A stretch of 64,000 bases of DNA from Ostrea edulis (Eukaryota): the NCBI RefSeq assembly GCF_947568905.1, contig NC_079168.1, positions 30,690,001 through 30,754,000 of the forward strand. Direction: 5' to 3'. Numbering within the stretch: the first letter of the stretch is position 1; every line of letters begins with the position of its first letter. The position numbers and the translations under genes are program-made. A model generated the notes under the pieces. It did not search any database, was not told the origin of the DNA, and worked only from the letters and a program-made list of their open reading frames with translations. This document shows positions 37,443-50,021 of this stretch, one piece after another.

Positions 37443-37865
37443 ATGAAATTAAGTTGAAAATAACGAACAGTGACAATCTCAGAATTCCTATAAGGAATAC
37501 AAAATAGAGAGTTGGGCAAACACGGACCACTGGATATACCAGACGTGGGATCAGGTGCCTAGGAGGAATAAATATCCCCTGTCGACCAGTCACACCAGCC
37601 CTGAGTCCCATATCTTGTATTCAGAAATGAATTATAGTGGTTTGTTGCTCTCTTAAAAAAATAATTCCTTATAATAAAAAAAAGTATAAATAATTAAAGA
37701 CATCTTCAACAGTCAGCATTTCGCAATTTCTATGGTTGTTATAAAAATCTAGTTTGCCAATTGATACAACCTATCATTGGGTCAAATGCTGTATGACTTG
37801 TTTCATACCGATTGTTAGGCCGGTTTTGGCACATTGATTTTGACTACGGATAACTCCGTTTACCT
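37443..37865. mobile_element. Two adjacent pieces of the Penelope-like 3' end in opposite orientations (37443..37617 minus; 37713..37865 plus)
   Basis: Both pieces align by eye to the 17723-18000 and 19783-20005 copies. Confidence 0.75.
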
Positions 37866-38074
37866 TGAACTGACCTTGTCTAACCACCACAGAGGCTGAT
37901 TCAATAATCAAATATAAAATTTTAAAAAAACCCTCTCTCAACATCGGGCTCGTGTTTCAAACTTTCATAGTCGGGCTCGACTTCTACTTCCATGTAAATA
38001 AAAATTCAAGAATTACTTCCTCTTCCCTATTTATTCTGATATTATTACTTTTCCGGTGCATCTGCATCTGCGAG

Positions 38075-41000
38075 ATGACTTCTACGGCACGGCCAAGTAG
38101 ACCTCCTCCTCCAGTTCCAAAACCAGGTAAATGCAACAGACCGGTTCCATTATAGTGAATTTTTATGAATATTTACCTCCTGTACCCTAGGTGGGAGCGG
38201 TCGTACGTTGAAGTCTTCACAATATTGTTAATAAAATGTCTGCATTTGATCTGATATGCTGCATACGATGCAATGAAACTTGCATTCTGTTGTGTCATCT
38301 AAGCTTGTTGCGGTAAATTTTCCAATTGTGCAATGAATGATTATAGACAAAATTTATTTCATTTGCATTTCAAGTTGCCTCTATCTCGACTGAGATTGGA
38401 CTGACGCCGTTACCGAGGCGTCAATCCAAATATCTTGCCGAACCTAATCTCACCCAAGATGAATTTGACTCCAGTTTTAAACTGAACCTAAAGGTCAAAC
38501 TAAAAATATTAACATTTGTGAACTATAATTAGTAGTACTTTTAAAAGTTACAGAGACATTTTTTTGTTCTTTTTCATTTCATAAAAGGCCACGTCAAAGT
38601 AGTGAGGGCCATGTATCGGTATGACGCTCAACAGGTAAGTGCAATATTGTGTATATTGTTTCTCTCCACAAATATGTGGTATATAAACTAATACCTTTAA
38701 AAGGTATTTCTGGTTGTTTTGGGCATGACATTACTCAACCTTGTCAATGTGTTGAAGTTGAACTAGTGATGTAGGGAGAAACTAAAAAGTTATCAATATG
38801 AGATTATAAGACTCTCTTATGAGTAACCATGAAATATAAGGCGATTCCACCCGAGGGTTGCAAAAAAAGGGGTTACTGGAATCTGTGCAATACCCCCAAA
38901 AAAGTGCTATACCCAGAAAAAAGTACACTATACCCAATACTGCGATAATATACACAGGATATCCTCTTAGATGGGTTGAGAAATGGTTATCTGGAAAAAA
39001 ATGGTACACTGAATTGGTACCGTTACCGTTATACAGCCAATTCATAGAAAAATCCAATACATCCGGCGCTATTTCCCGGCGCCATTGCTTTTGACGTATT
39101 ATAAGGTATACCACGCCCGATCAAATTAAAGACGATGATGTAGTTTAAATGATGGTGGGTTTTTCTAAGTTTATAAATTCAAATATATGTATATTTTTTT
39201 TATTTTTTAATATAAGTTGATGCCCCATCACCTGTCATTTTGTCACCAAAATGAATTCAATGGATTTTTTTTTTTTTTTAAAATTAAATATCATGAATTT
39301 AACACCAGTATTTAATTATTTCAAACACTTTTTAATCTCAAAGGCAGGCATGAGTATGTAATTTAAGTGATTAAATAATTTTCTTGCAAGACAAATACAC
39401 ACAAATACACACTAATATAAATAAGGAAGTTAGCCATAAGGAAAACATGAATTTGAAATTTATTTAAACATTCATAGTTTCCATATGTTCCCAGCCCTAG
39501 CCACGTGGAGGCCTCCTTTCTGTAGAGCCATAATGTCTTTTTTTTTAAATGAAAAATTTAAAGCCAAAGGACCAAAATCATGAAGAACACAACATACAAA
39601 AATTTAAAACACATAAAACATCTGTAAATTTACATTTATAATTTATTTTTTGCTTATGTTAAATAAAAAATATTGAAACCAAAGGAAACCAAACTATCAA
39701 AAATATAAGAGACAAAAATTTAAAACATCTTTAGTTTTACATTTACAAACAAGAATTTCATTGGCATGTCATTTTCTGCTCATGTTAGATAAAAATATCA
39801 AAACCAAAGGACCAAAACTATAAATACGAGAGACAAAAATTAAAAATACACGAAACATCTTTAGTTTGTTTTTTAAATGAAGCAATGAAATATTTTAGGA
39901 CCTTGACCATAAAAAGAACAGATCAATAGATGAAAAGAGATAGGAATATAAACACTTAATACTATCAAAAATATTTCAATATTACATAATTATAATTTTT
40001 TTTAAAAATAAAACAATCCGTTTCATATAAAAATCATTAAGATTATATATTTCATTACGATATCCTTGTTTGGGAAAAAGAGGATGCCAACAAAAACCAT
40101 CACAACAAAACAAAAAAATAAATATTTAGAGAATTTTAAAAGACCATATGAGATTCATAATTGAAAAAAAAAACATTTGTAACATTATATTAGCATAAAA
40201 AAAGTTATGCAGCTAAAGGCCAGAACATATGAACATTAAAATTAACAAAATGCAAATGGAATGGGTGAGTAATAAGCCTGAAAGTAACCCTACTCAAAGT
40301 TCTAACCTACACAAGATCAAGCTGTATTCAGTGGACACACCCGTCTGGCGGGGTAGGAATAAGCCTGAAAGTAACCCTGCTCTCAAAATTCTCAAAATTT
40401 ACTACATTATAATTTTTAAAAAATGAATATGTAGGTTAGAACTTAGAGTAGGGTTACTTTCAGGCTTATTCCTCCCCCGCCAGACGGGTGTGTCCAGTGA
40501 ATACAGCTTGATATTATGTAGGTTAGAACTTAGAGTAGGGTTACTTTCAGGCTTATTCCTCCCCCGACAGACGGGTGTGTCCAGTGAATACAGCTTGATC
40601 TTGTGTAGGTTAGGAAGAAATTCAGTTGTTTCATTAAATGTTTGTAATTCTATGATAATGTTATTGTACAAATATAGTATTTACATTTTTTTATCTAGTG
40701 CATTTTTATGGCTTTGGTCCTTTGACTTTAATACTTTCTTTTTTACAAACAGAAAAATTGTATTATGTTAATGAAATACCATAGATTTTTTGTGTAATTT
40801 ACATTGTTGTCCACTACATTCTTTATGGTTTTGGTTATTACGCTTCACTAATTTTATTTCACACAGTAGAAAAACAAATTATCAACAACTGAAATTGGTT
40901 AATGTTAGTATCACAAAATTTATTTATTTTTTATATAATTTTTTTGTATGTTCTACTCTTCATGGTTTTGGTCCTTTGGCTATAAATTTTTCATTTCAAA

Positions 41001-43669
41001 AACAGAAATTATGGCTCTACAGAAAGGAGGCCTTCACGTGGCTAGAGCTGGAAACATATGGAAACTATGAATGATTCAAAAATTCATATTTTTCTTATGG
41101 CTAATGTCCTGATTTGTATAAATATGATGGTGGTATGTTACAAACAATATATATTAATGTTTGGAATATTTGACACTATCATTCTCTGACAGTGGAAATA
41201 ATGTATCATGATTGACGGAAAGTAAAGTTCGATCTTCAATACAATTGAGTAGTTTATGATATAAGAAATGTACGTTACAATATATAAGGTGCATCCCCCC
41301 ATAATGTCGTAATTATATGTAGTCAGAATCATCATCTACAATTTCAGAAATGGGAACAATATCGTCTAAAAATTGGCATATCCATGTTAAATTTGTTTAC
41401 ATCACCAGATTTCAAAATCAGTGATCTCGTCAAACTTGTATCCAATTACTAATTTCTGCATTGTTTCTGATTTCATTAGAATCTTAAACATAAATTACTT
41501 CAAAACCACGCGGTCATATACTTTGTGCAAAGTTAGACAAATTTTTAACACAATGTCGTATGATTTGGTAACGTATGCTAGTCAGTAACGCAGGTTTCGA
41601 ACAATGCATTGTTGCTTAAACAAAGGTTAAGGACATTTCATAATTTTTTATATTCGATTACAAATACGCAAGATGAATGAAACGTACAGTATTTCATGTT
41701 TCATGTATTATACTATTTTCACCAGGCATATATTGCATTGAAAAAGTCGTTTTTTCAAAACATGAAATACTGTACGTTTCATTCTTATCCATACGCTAAG
41801 AGAACACAATATTAAAATTTGGATAAATCAAAGGCTCTATTCTCTTTTAAAAAATGAAACCTATGGATCGGCGACATGACTTTAGAAGATACACATTTAC
41901 AGAGCTCCAGTTAATTTTTTATCACAAAGAGTATTTACCCCCTGATTTTCTAATCAATGAGTATTTTGCTTTTCAGAAGAATTCAAAAGTGTATTTTTTT
42001 AATTTACTGATTATCGTTGTTCTTTTGCACAGCACAGAAGATGTCACCAGATAAACGATACTTCTTCCGTTAAACTTGAACTTAAAGTTTATACTAAAAG
42101 GCCGCTCCAGCTATTTACGGAGAAAATCCTTTGTAGTTCTTTAATTTAAAACTATTCATCGTCATTTGAAATTTGATATTTATCATTGATGCATTAAATT
42201 TGAATATGTCAGACATTCAAGTCACATGATTATGATCTAATTTTGTATATCATTCGTCCACGATCGATAATACAAGGGGTTTTTTCCCTGTGCTTTCGAC
42301 CGCACAATAACTCTTTAAGAAAGAAAGTATAACAATTAGGAATATATAATAGTGTTTTGAGTTAACTCTTCCAATTTTTCAAAATTGTGATTGTCATCCA
42401 AATGTATTTCATAGCGCTAAATATCATGTATGATCAATCCCTGGGCTAACCTCACTTCATATGAATAGATAATTCATATTTATATCATACTACATGTATC
42501 ACAAATACGCGGACTAATAAGCATTACTTTGGGAGTGTAAAGCGTATTTACATTCGCTAATGAGTAATTATACGCATGATTTTCAACTTAAATGCGTATT
42601 TGGTAAAATTTAATGAGTATTTACGCTGATACGCACCTTATCTGAGCTCTGCGATTTACCAATTTGAAAAACACACAATAGAACTTATCATTTTTCAACT
42701 CATTCATGCTATCGAACTTCATCAAAAAATCTGTTGTTATGCGTACCTTTTATATATCACTGATAATGAAATATAAAATACCTGCTCTGGCTTGTAACGT
42801 ACGTTTCATTTCTGTACATAACGGTATTCCTTACTACAGTAGTTGGCCATAAGTAAGTTCACAAAGAGAATTTTCTCTATATATTTAATGCAAATCTATC
42901 TTTTTTTCAAAATCTTCTCTTACACCCCCCCCCCCCCCCCTCAAATTACACATACTTATATAAATAGTATATACTCTCAAATTAAGATTCGTGTTAAAAT
43001 CGTCATATCTTTACAATATATTATCATATATTTATTCTTAAATTATTATATGCTACTGTGAATACTTCTGAGATCAGTGCTTTTTATTTCATCAAAATTG
43101 ATGAAGAAATGCGGTCAGAAAAATTGTTTAAAAGTATATGGTTTTGTATTAAATATATAGTGAACATTTTCTTTGGGAACTTACTTATGACCTAGTACTG
43201 TATACTATGTTTACATATCAATGGATAAATATATGTTAATTTCCAGTTATGGCAACCATTTCTTTTAAAAATTCTCATTGAATTTCTAAATGGAATAGGT
43301 ATGTACTAATAAAACAATTAAAAAAGAGAAAACAAATACTACGTTAAAGGAGCCTGCATGTGCATATTTTTTTATACTTGCATACTGTACTTACTAAACT
43401 ATAATTATACTGATTTGATTGCAGTTTTATATGTATTCAAGCAACAATATCATTTTCAGCTGTTTCTGAAACAGTTGGGTTAACTTATCTAATATATCAG
43501 GTTGTTAATTTAAATCCTGTCTACAATTAGTATTTCATGTATAAATGTAATTATAGATGTGTGCAGTGCAGAAGTGTTAACTTTGCCAGTATCAGTACCT
43601 CCGAATGATTGTTATTTATTTTCATTGTTATAATTAATTGCTTGTTTAACCTGTGGTGCCTGTGGTGCA

Positions 43670-43711
<42 letters not shown>

Positions 43712-46700
43712 AATAAGCAATATACATAGCTTATAGTGTAAACAATTTGTAAGGAAGAAATTTTGTCTTGCAAAAAAATTATTTAATCACTTAAATTACA
43801 TACTCATGCCTACTCTTGAGATTAAAAAGTGTTAAGTGTTTGAAATAATTAAATACTGGTGTTAAATTCATGATATTTAATAAAAAAAATAAATTAAAAA
43901 TCCATTGAATTCATTTTGGTGACAAAATGACAGGTGATGGGGCATCATCTTACATTAAAAAATAAAAAATTATACATATACTTGAATTTATAAACTTAGA
44001 AAAACCCACCAACATTTAAACTACATCATCGTCTTTAATTTGATCGGGCGTGGTATACCTTATAATACGTCACAAGCAATGGCGCCGGGAAATAGCGCCG
44101 GATGTATTGGATTTTTCTATGAATTGGCTGTATAACGGTAACAGTACCAATTCAGTGTACCATTTTTTCCAGATAACCATTTCTCAACCCATCTAAGAGG
44201 ATATCCTGTGTATATTATCGCAGTATTGGGTATAGTGTACTTTTTTCTGGGTATAGCACTTTTTTGGGGGTATTGCACAGATTCCAGAATCCGAGGCTGT
44301 TTCACAGCTTTTTTGCAAAGCCTCAGATTTCACAGCTTGTTTGCAACCCCGAGGGTGGAATCACCTTAGTATTTCATGGCAACTCATAAGAGAGTATTTT
44401 TCTCTCATATTTCTAGAAATTTTCTGTTTTCCTTGTGCCTAGCGACGCCATTTTGAGAATTCTCCACATAATTAATTTTTCGCTGTACATTAAAAATAAC
44501 ACCAGAATCGAATTATACGACCTTCATTTTGACAACTATGTTGCTGACAAAATATTGGCCGACGAGTGTATAAGGGAATTGTATTAGTCGAATTATTCCT
44601 CTTTGAATAAGTACACAATAAATCAATAATCAGGGTGATGCATGACGTCACTCGGCAGTCCATCAGCGCGAAACATTTTGACAGACCTAATCAGAATCTG
44701 AATTCACAACTGCACGCTTTCTTAAAGGAGCATTGATATTAATTGAGCAGATATTTAACGGCGAGTGTGTGAAAGAGATTCCAAGTGGTTTTTGTTGGTG
44801 GATATGGGCATGGCCCCGTTTTCCACACGTGCAAGGACTCGAGTCTCATGGACATTGGAGGCACTTGTTTCACCTGAGACACATATAGGGACAGTAGACA
44901 TTGGCAGAGTGAATGTGGAGGTAGGCCTAGAACTAGTAGCCCGTGTGGGCTGGGTTTCTGTGAACTGACATAATGCACCGGATGACATAGATGTACTCGA
45001 CAGCATTTTCGATATGAGGAATTTGTGATTGTTGTTGAGTGTGAGGTAGTTGTTCAAGGAATGTGTATTTTTGTGTCCGGTCATATACATTTAGACATTA
45101 TCAGGGACATTACAATCTGTCATTTTTTGTACAAGAGCTTTGCGGACGCTAGTGAACTTGTCAATCGAGGGAAGTTGCAGGCTAGTTGTGTATTGATTAT
45201 TACGTCATGGGATATGAAAGAAAAATGTCACATGATATTAAAGATAGAAATATCTTTCATACCTTTCTTTCATTGAATATCTGTATCTTACATACGTAGA
45301 TATGAGAGAAAAAAATGTACATATATAATAGTGTGCTTTTATATATCCAGCTCACTAAAATAGTGCAAAACCATGCAAATACAGACAATAGTTCAACCCA
45401 AGGCAATGGATAAAGCTAAAATCTTGCTACATACCAGTGTCGCAGGCAGTATAGAAGGAACTTATCCTGCCTCGCTAGTGAGCTAGCTTCTTTAGTCTCT
45501 TTCTTAATCACGCAAGTTAAGCAACGGGGATCATGATCAACCATTGGATGGGTGACCGCTACACATTGCAAAATGGTGGCAGCGTAGCGACTCTGATGTT
45601 TGGTGGGCTTGCTTCAGGTAGAATCTTTCTGGAGCTCCGTGTCCATGTACAGACATTGTTTTGTCTGGGAACAATGGTGATTGTCTTCGGGAACAGCGAT
45701 GCTGAAGAGGTGCCAAACATTCACAGAAAACTCGCCCTAAGCTTCGGGACGAAGCCTCCCTAAACAGAGGGGAAGTGTAACAGTATAGAGAAAACTTAAA
45801 CTGTCTCCTTAGTGAGCTAGCTTTTCTAGTGATGTGGTAGAGTCTCTCTCTTGATCACACAAGTTAAGCAATGGCGAGCATGATCAGCACTTGGCTGGGT
45901 GACCGCTACTCGTTACACCAGTCTGTATCTTCAGCCGCATGACCAATTTTGAATTTGTGTATCATACATTGCACTGTTCGAAGAAGATGGAGGGAGAGAG
46001 AGCAAGCTATATGTTAATATGCTGCATATTCATGTTATTATATGCTCTATACTTTTAGGTTGATGAATTGTCATTTGAAGAGGGAGATACTCTATATATT
46101 CTTGATATGAGTAACACTGATTGGTGGAAAGCAAAATGTGGAAAGAAAACAGGACTTATTCCCAGTAATTATGGTAAGTGATATATGATGAATTTTAAAT
46201 ATGTGTATATACATGCAAATCAAAAACTGTGATGATCATATGATTTTTATGTTTAAACTGTGTCGTCGGTAAAGCTGTGATGATGATGTAGCCAAGTGAC
46301 AAGACTTTTGTCCGTTTCTTTAATTTATCTTTAGCAGTACAAATCAGTAAACAACAATTATGAATTATGTACAAAGGTAGATCGAATGACGGTTGGTGAT
46401 GTCATAAAGTAACCTAATACATGTAGTTTATTTAAGTAATGTGTGCACACAACCTTTGGTCAAACCACTCAACACTAGAGTCATATGCAGGTATATATAG
46501 TGAGAGCAACACTAAATATAACACATGATACTATTATGTACAATAGTAGCATAAATGTAGCAAATATACATAATATACACACCTGTATAACAGCAAAGGT
46601 TCTTAATAGTATAACATGGTATAAAGAAAAAGGCAGAGTAGCGGTGTGTTCTATGCTGCAGCGTGAAGTAAGAATGACGTCAGCCCTCGTCTGCACTATA

Positions 46701-49700
46701 ACTACATCCAAAAAATACCAAGACAATCACGTTCTGACAAAATTGGAAATTAATATAAAAATAATCAATTTACACTTGTCTACAATGATATGATTTTTAT
46801 GTTTGAATTGTGTCACCGGTAAAACTCAATTTGTGTCTGATAAATCAGCATTAACGGTCACAAACAGCAAATGAGAAAATTGTCCCGAATTGACAATTTA
46901 ATGCACATTGTTTATTTCCTTCTCATAAAATAAGTAACTATGAATGTCAAGTGGTCAAATTAAAATGGTTCTCAGCTCTGCAAGAGGAAGCAGAAGAAGA
47001 ACGTAGGGAAATAAATCATAATTTTAAAAACAAAGAAGTTAAATTGTCATATGTTTAGCTTGCCTCGTCCAAACTGTGATATAAGTGAGCCTTTCTGATC
47101 AAGGTTAAATATATTATATATTTGTCTGTCTATACATTTGTTGCATTTTTGACCAAAATACCCACGTCACTTGCCAGCATCCTTATATACACATGTAGGG
47201 TAAAGTTTGTTCAAATTATCAGTCTTGGGGCAAAATGAGAAATCTACAAACATGAAATGTTAAATTTCAGAAATATTGTATTTTAAACTTACCCTGTGAA
47301 CAACACCATGAAAATAAAGGTGTTTAAAGTGAAATATTGCCTAGCTCTCACACCCACACAAAGCATATAATGAACAAGCAGATCAAATCACCAGCGAAAC
47401 GTCATCACTATGTGATAATGGCACATGCTGGTTTCATATAACTTCTGTGATATAACCTGGTGTCTAGATGAGGGGACACTGGCTATTTGATTTGAATATG
47501 AATTATGCATTCATCACTCTTTTGTAGCATGAAATATCTTTGGATAAATTTAGAATCAGCTGAAATTCTCTCTCAGGGCCTACTGGTGCAAAACTATCCC
47601 TGTATGGAGTCATGGCAAGGTGGTGTGTGTGAACATCATAGCCCATGGGCTTTATTGTAAATATTGGAGGCTGAAAAATGTGTTTTTTATTCTATTTGCA
47701 TATTTGCAGTGGACCAGAATACAGAAGCTATTGACTACCCTTTACATGAGGCTGCCAGGCGAGGAAACATCACTTTCATGAGGGAATGCATATCAAATAA
47801 TGTAAGACAACTTTACCAGGAAATTTTATTTTTTAAAACACTGGCCAATTGCATCTTTAAAATGAAATGAAGAAATGAATTCAGTCCTCAGTTACTTGAT
47901 GAGACTGTAGTAGTTGTGTATCTACAGGCCTGTATGGAGTCATTTCGTAGGGCAAAGGGGAGCTTACTCTTGGAGAAATGTCTTTGTGAATATTAAAACT
48001 TCTCCAGAAAGAGCTCTTCATTTGTCCCTATATGTACATTGTGATGTCATTTGTGAGTTAAACTTAGTCTGAAGAGTTTCAATTCTGTTTAGATTCTGAA
48101 ATCAGTATGTTACAACCATAACGGAGAAAGTTAGACCTTTATCAATCTTTTTGACGTTATAGGTGTCTGTAAATGCTCTAGATAAAAGCTGGATCCATGC
48201 CTTTAACAATATTATTCATATTTCAGGTATCTGTAAATACTCTAGATAAAAGCTGGATCCACGCCTTTAACAATATTATTCATGTTTCAGGTATCTGTAA
48301 ATGCTCTAGATAAAAGCTGGATCCACGCCTTTAACAATATTATTCATGTTTCAGGTATCTGTAAATGCTCTAGATAAAAGCTGGATCCACACCTTTAACA
48401 ATATTATTCATATTTTAGGTATCTGTAAATGCTCTAGATAAAGCTGGATCCACACCTTTACATTGGGCAGCACATGGGGGACATGTGGACTGCATACAAC
48501 TATTACTGAGCTCAAATTGTCAGGTCAATGTTCAGGTAGGTCCTTGTTGATAATTAACTGAGCTTATAGCCTTATAATAACTCGTACTTTGATATGAATT
48601 AATAGACTTTCCCAGACTCGTTATATATTAAAACATTAATTACATTTATATGTGGAACACATGTACCAAATAGAAAAATAAACCATTAAGAAGATAGAAG
48701 TACAATTATTGCATTTATGTGCATTACAAAAGTAAAACAAAAGAAACACACAAACAATGTAATGATGTGCACAAAAAAATTTCCTTTCTCTTAATGGTCA
48801 TACCCCATTTAAATAATGAATAATATCCACTTACAATGTAGCATAATGAAAGTAAGAGACAATAAAGTCAACTTGTACATAAACCAACTGGTACACAGAC
48901 AAGTTTGTACACAGAATTAACTTGTACACAGAGTTAACTTGTACACAAAGTTAATTTGTACACAGTTAACTTGTACTCGAACAAATTCCTACAGAGTTAA
49001 CTTGTACACAGACGAATTTGTACACAGACTTAACTTGTACACAGACAAATTTGTACACAGACAAGTTCGTACACAGACTTAACTTGTACTAAGACAAGTT
49101 TGTACACAGAGTTAATTTGTACACAGACAAGTTTGTAAACAAGGTTAATTTGTACACAGACAAGTTCCTACACAGACAGACAAGTTCCTACACAGAGTTA
49201 ACTTGTACACAGACAAGTTCCTACACAGACAGACAAGTTCCTACACAGAGTTAACTTGTACACGTACCTCGACAGTCATCTCATGCACCTGTACAATCAA
49301 AATGGTCAGACAATACGTCAGTAATTTTCTACTTTGACAGAATAAATTAGGAGACACTCCATTACATTCAGCAGCCTGGAAGAACCATGCTGAAGCAGTC
49401 AAACTGCTGATTGGAAAAGGTAAACTTCTTCCTATTCTTAATGTATAAATGTATTTATTCATATGATGAAAATACATGTATATATGTAGATTCCCAAAAA
49501 ATGTTCATTGTCTGTTATATATTTTATTAGGAGCAAGAGTGGATATTAAGAACAATGATAATAGGTTGCCTGTGGATTTGACCAAGGATCCAGAATGTGC
49601 AGCATTGATCAAACAAGCAGGTAAACCCATCTGGATGTGTTTTAGTTAAAGGCTTTCATTTCACTCACTTGATGCATGATACAAGAGCTCTTAGCTGTTC

Positions 49701-49985
49701 CTGTAACACTGGTGAAGAAGCTCAGTGAAGACCTGTAGACTTGCACATCTATTGTATTTACCTGAAGGACTCATGTGTATAGATTGTCAGTCCATGGGGA
49801 TCCAGGTTAGAATAGGTGCTCAGTACCCCTTGCTTGACGTAAGAGGCAACTAAATGGGGCGGTCCTTAGAATGAGACGCAAAAACCGAGACCCCATGTCA
49901 CAGCAGGTGTGGCGTGATAAAGATCCCTCCCTGCTCAAAGGCTATAAGCACCAAGCAAAGACCTAATTTTTGCCACCCTTCACCA

Positions 49986-50021
<36 letters not shown>

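Noticed and set aside
38782-39114. 110-aa hydrophobic ORF and its mirror at 44117..44305
   Set aside because: Lies within the foldback arms; low-complexity repeat sequence.
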